Assembly: GCF_004010195.1 (NCBI RefSeq)
Contig: NC_057719.1
Coordinates: 6,614,517 to 6,678,516, forward strand
Origin: Chiloscyllium plagiosum
Taxonomy: Eukaryota
Reading direction: 5' to 3'
Length of the DNA: 64,000 bases
The position numbers were made by a program, and so were the translations under genes. Below are positions 39,530-53,000 of the stretch, piece after piece (the first letter of the stretch is position 1; each line of letters opens with the position of its first letter). The notes beneath the pieces are model-generated. The model saw only the letters and a program-made list of their open reading frames with translations. It was not told the DNA's origin and did not search any database.

Positions 39530-40120
39530 AAAAATCGCCAACCGAGGATATGTCGTTTAGACAGCCTCGGGCCAATATTAGCAATATTTTTCCTAAAGTC
39601 CAGCCTGTTTGCTTTTGTCGAGTTGCAGGTACCTTCCGTCTTACACTAGACAAAGCACGCAGCCACAGCGTGGAATAGCACACACTGCGAAGCATAAAGA
39701 AGAAATGGCCCCCGGTAGTTGGGGTGCAATGGGTCGAAAAGCAGCGCACGCCTGAGTCAGGGAAGTAGAAAACCCCGTCGCGAGCACAGAATTGTCGTGG
39801 GATTGAGGTCTGAACCGGATTTATTTCGACTGGTGCAGCCCACCTTGAATGAAACTGTATCTAATCTTCAGACCCTCCGACACAATGTATCAATTTGCTG
39901 TATCCACACAATGTATCCAATCTGCTTCAGAACGTGGCCCGGGAGGACGACCCGTCTTTCGAACGCAGTCCAGGAACCTTTCCTGCCGTTCCCCCCGCCC
40001 CGGTCCTATCGCCCTCATTTCAACTTCCTGACTCATCTCTTGCAACCCGTTAACAATGAGAAACGCGGCTGCTCTCATCTGAAGTTGAACTCGCCGAGTT
40101 TGCTTCGAGAATAGGAGTGT
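39530..40120. promoter_or_regulatory. CpG-rich non-repetitive island, candidate TDP1 promoter or 5' UTR exon
   Basis: Locally high CpG density. GC box CCCCGCCCC at about 39993, YY1-like AAATGGCC at about 39703, TCGCGAG at about 39778. Minus-strand donor candidates agt|GTAAGA (exon end 39645) and aag|GTACCT (39633). Confidence 0.55.
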
Positions 40121-41099
40121 TTTAATCTCTCCCTTTCCCTCTGTGTGTGTCTTGTTCTGAAAAGTCAAGCACACTGGCTCGTATTCCCAGATTTAAGTCC
40201 CACTCCAGCCCCCGCTCTGAACACAAGTATCACAGCTGAATAAGCGCTGCAGTGGAGGAGATGCAAACTCGTGCGTGAGAAGTTAAACTAATGCATGTAC
40301 AAGATCCCCACGCACCCTTCTGAAGAGCAGAGAGATTATCCCTAGTCAATATTTAATCGTTTATCAAAAACAGATCATTTGGTTTTTATTCATTGCTACT
40401 TGTGGGAGATTACTGTGCATCCGATATTACAACATGATGTGGAGGAGCCAGTGTTGGACTGGGGTGGACAAAGTTTAAAAAAAATTGCAGTTGAGTTTTC
40501 TAGGTTTGTTCAATATATCATTTCAGTTGCATGACACTGTAATCTTTTGAGATAAATTTTGTGTCTTTTGGTCCTGCCCCACTAGCTACCTGATGAAGGA
40601 GCTGCACTCTCCAAAAGCTAGTGGTTCCAAATAAATATAGCCTGGTGTTGTGTAATACAGTTCAAAATCACAACAGTGAGGGGCTGCACTAAATGTACTT
40701 CATTGACTGTAAAGTGCTCAGGAAAAAATGTATTTATTTTGACCGTCAAATAAGGCAGCCCACATGAATTAAACTTCCTCTAATCTGCAGTCACTGTGAC
40801 CCTATACACCAAATGGCTTCAAAATACAGCCCAGGAGGACTTAGTTATGAAAATGGTAATTATGAAGAGCACTTTTTCTAAAGTCACTCATGGGTGTCAC
40901 TGGCTGGGCCAGCATTTGCTGGCCATCCTGAAGGTGAGTTGCCTTCTTGAACTGCTTCAGTTTATTTAGTCTCGGTACACCCACACTGTTGTGAAGGAGA
41001 GAGTTCCAGGATCTTGACCCAAATGGTAGAGTATTTTTCTTTCTATTTTTAAAATGCAACTCCTGGTTATATAAATGAATTTAAGTAGTGCCCCAATCT

Positions 41100-44000
41100 C
41101 TTCAATCACTGATAAAAAACTTAAAGGTTGATAGATAGTAAGAGCTTCTATGAAATTTAACGGAGACTTAATAAAGTGAGCATTGGCCGTTTGAGAAAGC
41201 TGATTAATAATGGAAATAAGGAAATGGCAGATGAATGTAGCAGATGTTTTGTATCAGTCTTCACTATGGTGGATACAAGTAATATTCCAGAAGCAACCAG
41301 TAAATCAGGAAATTGAAGGAGGGAAAACTCAGGAACCGCACATTCATCGGTGAGGTGGTACTGAGTAAATTATTGGATCAGTGGCAGATGAATGCCTTGG
41401 TTCCGATGGACTTCATCTGAGGGACTTAAAAAAAAATTAGCTATTGAAATAGTTGATGTGTTGGTTTTAATTTTCAAAAATCCCTTAATTAAGGGAAAGT
41501 CCACTAGATTGGAAGATAGCAAATTCCAATCCTTTATTTGAAAAGGGAGACAGAAAGCCAGAAACAACAGGCCAGTTTGCATAATATCTATCACAGGGAA
41601 AATGTTGGAAGTTGTTATTAAATAAGTTATAACAGGGCACTTGCATAAATTCAGGGTTATTGGACAAAGTCAACATGATTTTGTGAAAGCAAAATCATGT
41701 TTGACCTATCTTTTGGAGTTCTCTGAAAAGATCACATATGCTATTGATAAAAGGGAATTGGTGGATGCGTTGGACTTGGATTTCCAGAAGGCATACGATA
41801 AGGTGCCACATCATAGGTTATTGTGGAAAATAAACTCCGATGGTGTAGGTGGTAACATGTTGGCTTGGATAAAAGACAGGCTAGCTAATGTGAACCAGAA
41901 AGAAGTTTTTTTTTCAAGCTGATAGCATGTCATGATTGGTGTGTGACAGGGGTCAATGATGGGGCTTCAACTTTTACAGTTTATATGAATGATTTTGATG
42001 AAGGGGCCATCGATGTGGTTGTTGATAATAAGAAGATAGATAATAATGTAAGTTGTGAAGAGGACATGAGGGATTACAAAAAGTTATTGATAGGTTCAGT
42101 GAGAGGGCAAAGATGTGGTGAATGGAGTAATGTTCAAAAAATACAGAATTATCAATTTGGCAGGAAGTTATAGAGAAAGCATTTAATCTAAATAGTGAGA
42201 GATTACAGAGCTCAGAAATGCAGAGGGATATAGGTGTCCTTGTGTATAAAATACAGAAGATTAGTATGCAGATACAGCAAGTAATTCGGAAAGCTAATCT
42301 CAGATTAAGATAAATGCTCGGCACAACATCGTGGGCCAAAGGGCCTATACTGTGCTGTACTGTTCTATGTTCTGATAGAATGTTATCATTTGTTGAGAAG
42401 GGAACAAAAGTGGAGAGATTATGCTTTAGTTATTCAGTCATGATTTGGAGGTGCCAGTGTTGGACTGGTGTGAAGAAAGTCAGAAGTCACCCAACACCAG
42501 GTTATAATCCCAACAGGTTTATTTTAAATCATAAGCTTTCGGAACGCTGCTCCTTCATCAGGTGAAGTCACTCTACAAAGGAGCAGCACTCTGAAAGCTT
42601 GTGATTTCAAATAAACCTGCTGGATTTTAATCTGGTGTCTTGTGACTTCTGACCCACTTAAATAGGGCAATGCCAAGACTGCATCTGGAGTAATGTGTAT
42701 AATATTGGTCAGGAAGGATGTAAATATGTTAGGGGCAGTTCAGAGGTTTACCAAATAACTGGAGTGAAACGATTATCTTATGAGGAAAGGATGGAGAGAC
42801 TAGGCTTGAATCTACTCAGGTTTAGAAGAGCAGGAGGTGACTTGATTGAAACATATCAGTTCCTAAAGCGTTGCAGTAGATTGGATGTGGAGACGATGTT
42901 TCTTCTTAAGGGAGAATGTAGAACTAGGTGACACTGTTTAAAAATCAGGGGTCACATTTAAAACAGAGGTAAGGCAATTTTTTTCTCTGAGAGGATTATG
43001 AGTAATACTCGTCCTGAAAAGTTGGCGGAAGCTAAGTCATAGAGTTTTACAGCACAGAAATAAACCTTTCAGTCCAACTTGTCACATTGACCAGATATCC
43101 CAATCTGACCTAGTCCCATTTGCCATATCCCTCTCAACCCTTCCTATTCATATACCCATTCAGGTGCCTTTTAAATGTTATAATTGTACAGGCCTCCACC
43201 ATTTCATCTAGCAACTCATTCTATGCATGCAACACCCTCTACGTGAAAAAGTTGCCCCTTAGGTCTCTTTTAAATCTTTCCCCTTTCACCTCAATCCTAT
43301 GTCCTGTTGTTTTGGACTTTCCTACCCAGGCAAAAGACCTTGTCTATTTACCCTATCCATGTCCCTCAGATTTTTAAACTTCTATAAGGTCACCCCTCAG
43401 CTTCTGACGGTCCAAGGAAAATAGCCTCAGCCTATTCAGCCTCTCCATATTAGCTCAAACCTTCCACCCGACAATATTCTTGTAAATCTTTTCTACACCC
43501 TGTCAAGTTTAATAACATCTTTTTTATAGCAAGGGGACCAGAATTAAAACCAGTATTCCAAAAGTGGCCTAACCAATGTCCTGTACAACTGCAACATGAC
43601 AACTCAACTCCTGCATTCAATGCGCTGACCAGTAAAGGTAATTGTACCAAATTCATTCTTAACTACCCTGTCTAACTGAGACCCCACTTGCAAGGAACTA
43701 TGAACCTGTACCCAAAGGTTTCTTTGTTCAGCAGAAAAACCCCAGAAGACTACCATTAAGTGTATGTGTCTTGCCCTGATTTGCCTTACCAAAATACAAC
43801 ACCTCAGATGTATCTAAATTAAACTCTATCTTTTAAGATCCCATTATATTCTGAGGTTACCTTCTTCGTTGTCCAATACACCACCAGTTTTGGTGTCATA
43901 TGCAAACTTACTAACTATTCTTCCTATACTCATATCCAAATCGTTTATATCAATGACAAATATAGTCAGTATATTTCTCATTTCTTGGTAACACAAGTAG

Positions 44001-44620
44001 ACAAGATGGTAAAGAAAGCAAACAGCTTGCTTGCCTTCATTGGTCGGAGCATTGAATATAAAAGCTGGCAAGTGTTGTACTTAAAGACTTTGGTCAGACC
44101 AGCTTTGGAGTACTGTGCATAGTTCTGGTCACCGCACTATCGGAAGGAAGGATGTGGGGGCTTTGGAGAGGGTGCAGAAGAAATTTTCCAGGATGTTGTT
44201 TGGATTGACTTGGATTGTTTTCGTTAGTGCGTCAGAGGCTGTGGGATAATGTGATAGAAATATGTAAAATTATGAGAGGCATGGATAGGCTGGATAGTCT
44301 GAGTCCCAGGGTAGAAATATCAAATACTGGGGGCATATAGGTTTAAGGCGATAGGGAGAATATTTTAAAGAGATGAGTGAGGAAAGTTTTTACACAGAGG
44401 GTGGTCAGTGCCTGGAACACACTGCCAGGGGATAGAGTCAAACTAGATATGATTGCAATGTTTAAGTGGCATTTAGATAGAGACATGAACAGGCAGGAAA
44501 TAGAGGGATAGGGACCATGTACAGGCAGGTGGGATTAATTTAGAATAGCACCATGGTCGGCACAGACATGGTGGGCCGAAGGGCCTGTTCCTGTGCAGTA
44601 ATTAATGTTCTACATTCTAT
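41100..44620. mobile_element. Three adjacent CR1 fragments (+ 41100-43030, - 43035-43965, + 43990-44620) between the two promoter-like islands
   Basis: SQHDFVKAKSCLTYLLEF, LDFQKAYDKVPH and LSYEERMERLGL motifs, plus CR1 3' UTR tails. Confidence 0.85.
42530..42565 (-). ncRNA. Minimal hammerhead ribozyme motif (family B) in a palindromic mini-element (about 42437-42655)
   Basis: Reverse complement cac-CTGATGA-a-GGAGC(agc)GTTCC-GAAA-GC-TT-atg. Confidence 0.65.
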
Positions 44621-44659
44621 TTGATGTTTATGTTGGCAGTGGACAATCTCAATAAATGT

Positions 44660-44990
44660 TTTGGCCTTACCTTAAGCTTTTAACATTGCACGACCTTAGG
44701 CGGCTGAAAGTTAATATTTCTGCTTGTGCAATGTCTTAGACTGGCACGATGTCGTAAAAAAGACACAGGTTTGTGTGATTACAGTAAGGTTCACCTGTCA
44801 GTACAAACTCGCGTGGGAATTGTTCACCACCAGAGCCCTTCCAGACAACGACAATCCCTTTAAACCAATGGCCAATCACTGAAGGTGATAAATGGAAGTG
44901 CAATCTAACCATCATCCAATGAGGAAGGAGGATGCGGTCGCGCGGAAATTACAAAAGCAAGAGCTTCCCTGAGAACGGAAGGATCAGAGC
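44660..44990. promoter_or_regulatory. Second promoter-like island (EFCAB11, possibly bidirectional)
   Basis: Three CCAAT boxes (about 44864, 44872, 44916), an E2F-like GCGCGGAAA (about 44940), an ETS-like CGGAAG (about 44976) and TGGGAATTGT (about 44814; reverse complement ACAATTCCCA, a ZNF143-associated motif). Minus-strand donor aag|GTAAGG at 44671. Confidence 0.55.
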
Positions 44991-45002
44991 TGGGGATAAA
45001 CA

Positions 45003-45850
45003 TTAACAGTGAGAATCAGGGGAGTAATAATAACAGTGGGGGAGAGTAACAGCCAGGATCAGGGGGAGTAATACTCAGTGAGGGAGAGTAACAGTGAGGA
45101 TCAGGGGGAGTAATACTCAGTGAGGGAGAGTAACAGTGAGGATCGGGGGTGTAATAATAACCGTGAGGGAGAGTAACAGTGAGGATCAGGGGAGTAATAG
45201 CAACAGTGAGGGAGAGTAACAGTGAGGATCAGGGGAGTAATAGCAACAGTGAGGGAGAGTAACAGTGAGGATCAGGGGAGTAATAGCAACAGTGAGGGAG
45301 AGTAACAGTGAGGATCAGGGGAGTAATAGCAACAGTGAGGGAGAGTAACAGTGAGGATCAGGGGAGTAATAGCAACAGTGAGGGAGAGTAACAGTGAGGA
45401 TCAGGGGAGTAATAGCAACAGTGAGGGAGAGTAACAGTGAGGATCAGGGGAGTAATAGCAACAGTGAGGGAGAGTAACAGTGAGGATCAGGGGAGTAATA
45501 GCAACAGTGAGGGAGAGTAACAGTGAGGATCAGGGGAGTAATAGCAACAGTGAGGGAGAGTAACAGTGAGGATCAGGGGAGTAATAGCAACAGTGAGGGA
45601 GAGTAACAGTGAGGATCAGGGGAGTAATAGCAACAGTGAGGGAGAGTAACAGTGAGGATCAGGGGAGTAATAGCAACAGTGAGGGAGAGTAACAGTGAGG
45701 ATCAGGGGAGTAATAGCAACAGTGAGGGAGAGTAACAGTGAGGATCAGGGGAGGGTGAGTAACGGTGGGGGTCAGGGCAATAATAGTAACAGTGAGGGGG
45801 AGTAGCGGGGGGGGTCAGGGGAATAATAGTAACAGTGAGGGTGTGGGTAA
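45003..45850 (+). repeat. 43-bp purine-rich minisatellite
   Basis: Unit GAGGATCAGGGGAGTAATAGCAACAGTGAGGGAGAGTAACAGT, about 13 identical copies at 45181-45750, with degenerate copies on both flanks. Confidence 0.97.
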
Positions 45851-46111
45851 GGGCCAATTAGAATAACAGTGGAGAGGGTAACAACGAGGGTTGTGGAGAG
45901 TAACACTGAGGGTCGTGACTGGGTAACAGTCAAAGTCAGTAAGAGTGTGGGTGAAAGTAACAGTGAGTTTGTGAATGAATGAGTATCAATGGGAGTGAGG
46001 GGACAGATTTGAGAGGATAAGTATTATAACTGTGAAGAGGAGGGTCAAGTCTGTAACAGAGAGAGTGACGGTAACAAGTTTGTGTGATCTGACTTGTTGC
46101 TTTCTGGACAT

Positions 46112-46189
46112 ATGATGTATCGAGCACAGCTTTGTACTGCTGATGAAGAGAGGATAGTCACTGACTTGGAGAAATGTCACTTTGTTACG
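46112..46189 (+). CDS. EFCAB11: EFCAB11 probable first coding exon
   Basis: ATGATG...ACG|gtaggt encodes MMYRAQLCTADEERIVTDLEKCHFVT. That is 25-26 codons in phase 0, the size expected for EFCAB11 exon 1, and it joins in frame to the 60140 exon. Sequence similarity to human is weak, so the call rests on size, phase and synteny. Confidence 0.7.
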
Positions 46190-47307
46190 GTAGGTAGCAC
46201 TGAGCCCAGTTGTTAGAGAAACCATTTCATTATTACTGTCAGGGCTCTCCCACATCCTATCTCCAAAACAGCAGGGCTCCCTGGGGGAACTGGTGAATCT
46301 ATTTCTCGGTAAATATAGTTATTTCCTCACTATTAAGGTGTTTTAACCGTAAAACCTCAACTTTAAATCAAATGGAGTGATTTTGCCTTCATTGTCAATG
46401 ATTTTTCAGCTTGTATTTATTTGTTGCTTTTGATGCCCTGAGACATTCAGAAACATTTCACTGTCCATTTGAACATAGTTGTTGTGTTTGATTAAAACAC
46501 AACCCATTTGCAGGCAGTAAGATGTCAACAACAGCAATGAGATAAATGTGACCGTACAATTAGGAGCAGGAGTACTTGAGTCTGCTTCACCATTCGATAC
46601 AATTATGACTAGTCTGATCATTTTGCGATCCAGCCTATACCCAATGTCCTCTCATTCCCGTGCATATCAAGAATCTAACTCTGTCATACTGCGGTCACGT
46701 GAGTGAAGATGCTGAACTCTGTTTCTAGTGTCAGTGGAGGATGCATTTGAGACCCACTACTGGCAGAGTTTCTATCTACTTCTGCCTTAAAGTACTCAAA
46801 GCCTCAGCTTCCTTCACTTTTTAAAGGAGAGCGATCCAAAGACACTCAACCTATGAAAAAAATTATTTTCTGTCTTAATTGGGCAACCCTTTATTTATAA
46901 GCAGCAAATGTATAGAGGGAATAGCTTCTCTACATCCATCCTGTCTTCAGAATATTGTACCCGTTCCAGATATTAGTCTGGTCAACATTCTCTGAACTGC
47001 CTCCAAACATATTTACATCCTTCCTTGAATAAGGAGATCAATACTGTACACAGTCCTCTAGATACGGTCTCACCAGTACCTGTGTAACTAAAGCATATCT
47101 CCCTATTGTTGTACTCCGTTCCCCTCCCAATATACCTTACCATTCGATTCGCGGTCCTACTTGCTTGCTGTACCTACATATTAACTTGCTGTGTTTCATG
47201 CACTATGTTATGGGTAAACTTAGCATAAGTTACCTTTAATTTGGCTACTTATTAAGAAATCTCACAGACAATCAAATACTGAAATAATTATTTAGACTTT
47301 ATTGCAT

Positions 47308-47916
47308 TGTTACGGACCAGACCAAACCCCCTCAGAATATATTAAGATAATATCGACCCAAACGTATTTTAGAGGGTGTTGTGTTCCAGATGCAGTTTGA
47401 TTGGTCAAACTAACAGGCTTGAAGCAAAACACACTTCATTCTTACACTGTAGTTATAATACAGAAAAAGAGTGAAGAATTGGAATAGTTTAACTCTGTTA
47501 GAAAACTTTACAGAATAACAGATTATTTACCTACTAAACAGTAACTGTTTCGATATGGTAACCAGTAAAACACGCCCCTTGCAAATGCAAATTCTGTAAA
47601 ATAGATAGTCTCATGCAATTCTCACAGCAGACAGTACTCTGGCTTTTCTCTTTGAGAGAGAGGAATAATCACTTCCACATCTAGCTTCAAGACCCCCAAC
47701 AGCTGCTGAAAGTTAAACTAAAGTCCTGGTTCTGTGGGAGTTTGAACCCACCCCTTCATGCTGCTTCTATTGTTCCACCCTTAAAGAAAAACACCCAAGG
47801 CCTCTCAAGCAGTTAACCTAATTGGCTTGGAACAGACCGCTCATCGTCTGTTTCAACATTTTTTTTTTAGAATAAGCAAGACAAAATACACCTCTTAAAG
47901 CCATTGTATAATCACA
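47308..47916. mobile_element. Probable solo LTR (609 bp)
   Basis: Starts TGTTACG and ends ATCACA (TG...CA). Flanked by a 4-bp duplication GCAT at 47304-47307 and 47917-47920. Non-coding. Confidence 0.55.
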
Positions 47917-50011
47917 GCATGTAGCAACCAAAATAAGACCCAAAATACGCAAGTTAAGCCTCAACTTGGCCTCAATTAATGGTACAATTTAGCTAGATTC
48001 AGATCATTGCATATTGGAATTAGGGCATCATGTTGAGATTGTACAGGACATTGGTGAGGATACTTTTGGAGTACTGTATACAGTTCTGGCCCTACTGTGT
48101 GAAGGATATTATTAAATTGGAGAGGGTTCAGGAGTGATTTGCCAGGATTGGAGGGTTTAAATTATAAGGAGGTTCGATAGGCTGGAACATTTTTTCAATG
48201 AAGTGTATGAGATTGAGGGGTGACCTTATACAGGTTTATAAAATTGTGAGGGGCATAAATAAGGTGAATAGCAAGGATCTTTTCCCTGGTTGGTGGGGAG
48301 GGGGAGTTCAAAACTAGGTGGCATATTTTTAAGGTGAGAGGTGAAAGGGACCTGAGGGGCAGCTTTTTCACACAGAGGGTGGTTGTGTGTGGAATGAACT
48401 GTCAGAAGTGGTGGATGCAGGTACAGTTATAATGTTTAAAAGACACTTGACTAAGTGTGTGAAGAGTAAGGGTTTAGAGGGATATGGACCAAATGCAGAG
48501 GACTAGTTTACTTTGGGAAACTTGGTGAACATGGACGAGTTGGACAGACTGGTTTGTTTCTGTGGTGTATTACTCTAACTCTAAGTTGGTAAAATGATAA
48601 ATATTAACCAGGTCTGTCCCTTGAAATAGTGGTGTGGAGTTCTTTATTTTACAGATGGAGGCCTCGGTTTAGCATACATTCAAAATCCAGCATGTTTGAC
48701 AACACAGCAATGCCCGGGGATGGATTGGAGACTTTACAGGGGTTACATGTGTAATGTTTAAGAGTAGGACATAAACTCTCAGACTTGGTTCTGAGAGAAG
48801 CAAACTGGATAGACTGAAATGTTAGCACCTCCAACTATTAAAAATTGCCATATTGACGCAGGCTATTCAGCCCAACACCAGCTCTTTCGAAAAGGAATCC
48901 ACTCATTGCCACATCTCTGCATTTTCTGTTCTCTTGGGGCCATTTATCCAGTTCCCTTTTGAGCAGACCTCTTGAATCTGTATCCACCCTTGGCAGGTGC
49001 TCCACTCCAACTCCTAGCCACCCATTGTATATGGAAGGCTTTCCTCAGGCCACTGCTGTTTCTTTCACTAATCACGTTTTATGTTTACTTGCTTGATCTA
49101 AGGATTCCATGCTTTTGAGAAATGCAGCAAATCTTCTCTTTGTCTCCTGTTGTCCTTTTTTAATTCATTCATGAGATATAGGTGTCACTGGCTGGACCAG
49201 CATTTGTTGCTCATCCCTAGTTGCCCTTGAGAAGATGATGTTGTGCTGCTTCCTTGAAACCCTGCCGTTCACGTGCTGTGGATAAACCCACAATGCCTAT
49301 AGGGAGAGAATTCAATGATTTTGACCCAGCAACATTGAAGGAACGGTAATATATTTCTAAGTGAGGATGCTGAGTGATTTGGAGGGGAACTTGCAGGTTG
49401 TGATGTTCCTGTATATCTGCAGCCCTTGTCCTAATTTTACAGGCTTGTCATTTTGTAGATAGTACACACTGCTGCTACTGAATGTCAGTGATTGAGGGAG
49501 CGAATGTTTGTGAGTGTAGTGCCAATCAAACAGGCTGCTTTGTCTTGGACGGTGTAAAGCTTCTCGAATGTTGTTGGAGCTGCACTCATCCAGACAAGTT
49601 CCTGACTGATGCCTTGTAGATAATTGACAGGCTCTGGGTAGTCAGCTCAGTTACTGGCTGTAGAATTCCTAGCCTCTGTTTACAGGAGGCCAGCCCCAGC
49701 TCCTCCGGTCTTTCCACGTCACGGGAAGATCTCTGTTTGATTATGCGTCCAGGAGACATTGAGATTCACATTGCTGATCTTCTCCCGAGGCGAGCTGTCA
49801 GAACAAAGAGTTGTCAAACACTGACCAGGCATAAGGAAAGCCCCTGCAGCAAAGACAGTTGCTGTCAAGTTAAACCCCCACCCCAAGCCACAGTGTTGAT
49901 GTTACCTTGAAAATCTATGGAACATGGCTGCATCCTATTTTCCTGCTGGAAATAACATTGGTGTCATTGTAAAAACTAAATAACTGAAAAAGATCAAGTG
50001 GTTATAAAATG

Positions 50012-53000
50012 GTCAGAAGTCACAACACCAGGTTAGAGTCCAAGAGGTTTATTTGAAATCACAAGTTTTTGGAGTGCTGCTGCTTCGTCAGGTGAGGTGG
50101 AGGGAAACACATGGCACAGAATTTATAGACAGAGAGATCAACAGATAGTACAAATACTGTGAGTGGAGCGTTGACAGGCTGAATACAAGTCTTTGCAGGT
50201 GATCAAAAGTGTCAGACTGTGTGAGTAAAGTGTCAAAAGATGAATAGCGAGTGAAGAGATTATCCTGAATCTGATTAATTGAGGAAGAGAGATAATTACA
50301 AAAAGGTAAAAATAAGATGGTGCTGGAGACAAACCAAATGGTTGGAATTACATGATAGATGTAAGAGCCACATGCTGAGGGTCTAACCAAAGTAACAAGT
50401 AATCCAAAACCCGACAAACTAATGTAGGAACATTACCAGTTATCGAGGTGATTGTGACAAAACAGACAAGTAAGGAAGATACAGAACAGTATCATGGCGT
50501 GACTTGTATTGTAGCGTGACATCAACTCACAATCGCAGTTCAGGCCATCTTCATGGGTATGGAACTTGGCTTTCAGTTTCTGTTTGGCGATTCTGCATTG
50601 TTGTGTATCTCTAAGGCTGCCTTGGAGGATGCTTACCCAAAGATCGGAGGCTTGAATGTCTTTGACCGCTGAAGTGTTCCCCAACTGGGAGGGAACACTC
50701 CTTTCTGGCAATTGTTGCATTGTGTCCATTTATCCGTTACCATAACATCTACATGGTCTCACCAATTTACCATGCCTTGAGACATCCTTGCCTGCAGCAT
50801 ATGAGGTAGACAATGAGATTGGCTGAATCACATGAGTATCTGCCACGTACGTGGTGGGTGGTGTTCCCACATGTGATAGTAGTATCCAAGTCAATGATCT
50901 GGCATGTCTTAGAGGTTTCCATGGCACAGTTGTATGGTGTTGTGGTCGATGTTGCCCTGAAGGCTGGGTAGTTTGCTGCAAATGATCGTCTGCTTAAGGT
51001 AAGGCAGTTGTATGAAGGCGAGAAGTAGTGGTGTCAGGATGATTTTAACGAGATGGTCATATTGATGACATGTTGGAACATCTCGCTAAGGTCATCTATA
51101 CACCATCATTTCTGGCTCAAACAACTGCCTGACCTGAAACAGACCATCATTGGCAGCAAACTACACAGCCTTCGGGACAACATCGACCACAACACAACAC
51201 AACCCTGCCACGGCAATCTCTACAAGACATGCCAGATCATCAACACAGATGCTACTATTACATGTGGGAACACCACTCACCACATACCAGATCCTCTTGT
51301 GACTTGGCCAATGTTGTTTGCCTCATACGTTGCAGGCAAGGATGCCCTGAGGCACGGTACATTGGTGAGACCATGCAGATGCTACAGCAGCGGATGAATG
51401 GACACCATACAATTGCCAGACAGGAATGTTCCCTCCCAATCAGGGAACACCTTCAGTGGTCAAAGACATTCAGCTTCTGATCTTTGGGTAACCATCCTCC
51501 AAGATAGCCTTTGAGATACACAATAATGCAGAATCTCTGAACAGAAACAGATAGTAAAGTTCCATACCCATGAAGATGGCCTCAACCATTATCTTGGGGT
51601 TAATGTCATACTACATGTAACCCCACCATACTGTTCTGTATCTGTAAATATTTTCTTTCTTGTCTGTATTGGCACCATCATCTTGATAACTTATGATCTC
51701 TCTCTCTACCTTCGTTTGTAGGGTTTTGGGTTACTTGTCACTTTGGTTAGGTCCTTGGCACAGGACCCTTATACCTGTCATGTAATTCCAGACATTTAGT
51801 TTGTCTCCAGCACTATCTTTTAATTTTTTTTCTAATTATCTCTCTGTCTCAATTAATCACATTATAGGTCATCCCTTTACTTGCAGAGGCTTGTTATTAA
51901 GCCTGTTAACACTCCACTCACGACATTTGTATGATCTTTTGATCCCTCTGCTTATAAATACTGTGCCAGTGTGCTTCCCTCCACTTCACCTGACAAAGCT
52001 CCGAAAGCTTGTGATTTCAAATAAACCTGCTGTAGAGTCAGATGTACAGCACAGAAATAGACCCTTTGGTCCAAGCCGACCAGATATCCTAACCTAATCT
52101 AGTCCCATTTGTCAGTATTTGGCCCAGATCCCTCTAACCCCTTCCTATTCATATACTCATCCAGATGCCTTTTAAATGTTGCAATTATACCAGCCTCCAC
52201 CACTTCCTCTGGCAGCACATTCCATACAAACACCACCTTCTGTGTGAAAAGGTTTTCCCTTGGGTCCCTTGTAAATCTTTCACCTCTCACCTTAAACCTA
52301 CGCCCTCTAGTTCTGGACTCCCCCAACCCACAGAAAAGATCATGTTTACTTACCCTATCGATACCCCTCTCATGGTTTTATAAACACTCATTTCCGATGT
52401 CCATGGAAAATAGCTCCAGCCTGTTCAGCCTCCCCCTATAGATCAAACCTCTGACAATGTCCTTGTAAGTCTTTTCTGAACCCTTTCTAGTTTCACTACA
52501 TCATTCCAAAGCATTGAGACCAGAATTGCATGCAGTATTCCAAAAGTGGCCTAACCAATGTCCTGGGCAGCTACAACATTTCCTCCCAACGCCTGTACTC
52601 AATATACTGATCAATAAAAGAAAGCATACCAAACGCTACCTTCACTATTCTATCTACCGGTGACTCCACTTTCAAGAAACCATGAACTTACACTCCAAGG
52701 TCTCTTTGTTCAGCAACGCTCCCCAGGACCTTAACCATTAAGTGTATAAGTCCTGCTCTGATTTGCCTTTCTAAGATACAGCGCCTCACATTTATCCAAA
52801 TTAAACTCCATCTGCCACGCATTGGCCTATTGACCCATCTGAGCTGAAAATGTGTCGCTGGAAAAGCACAGCAGGTCAGGCAGCATCCAAGGAACAGGAG
52901 AATCGACGTTTTGGGCATGAGCCCTTCTTCAGGAAGAAGGGTTCCTGAAGAAGGGCTCATGCCCGAAACGTCGATTTCCTGCTCCTTGGATGCTGCCTGA

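Noticed and set aside
39719-40114. 131-aa ORF considered as EFCAB11 exon 1
   Set aside because: No similarity and no suitable donor. 46112-46189 fits the expected size and phase.
45003-45850. CRISPR-like regular repeat
   Set aside because: The units are contiguous and identical with no unique spacers, and the context is eukaryotic.
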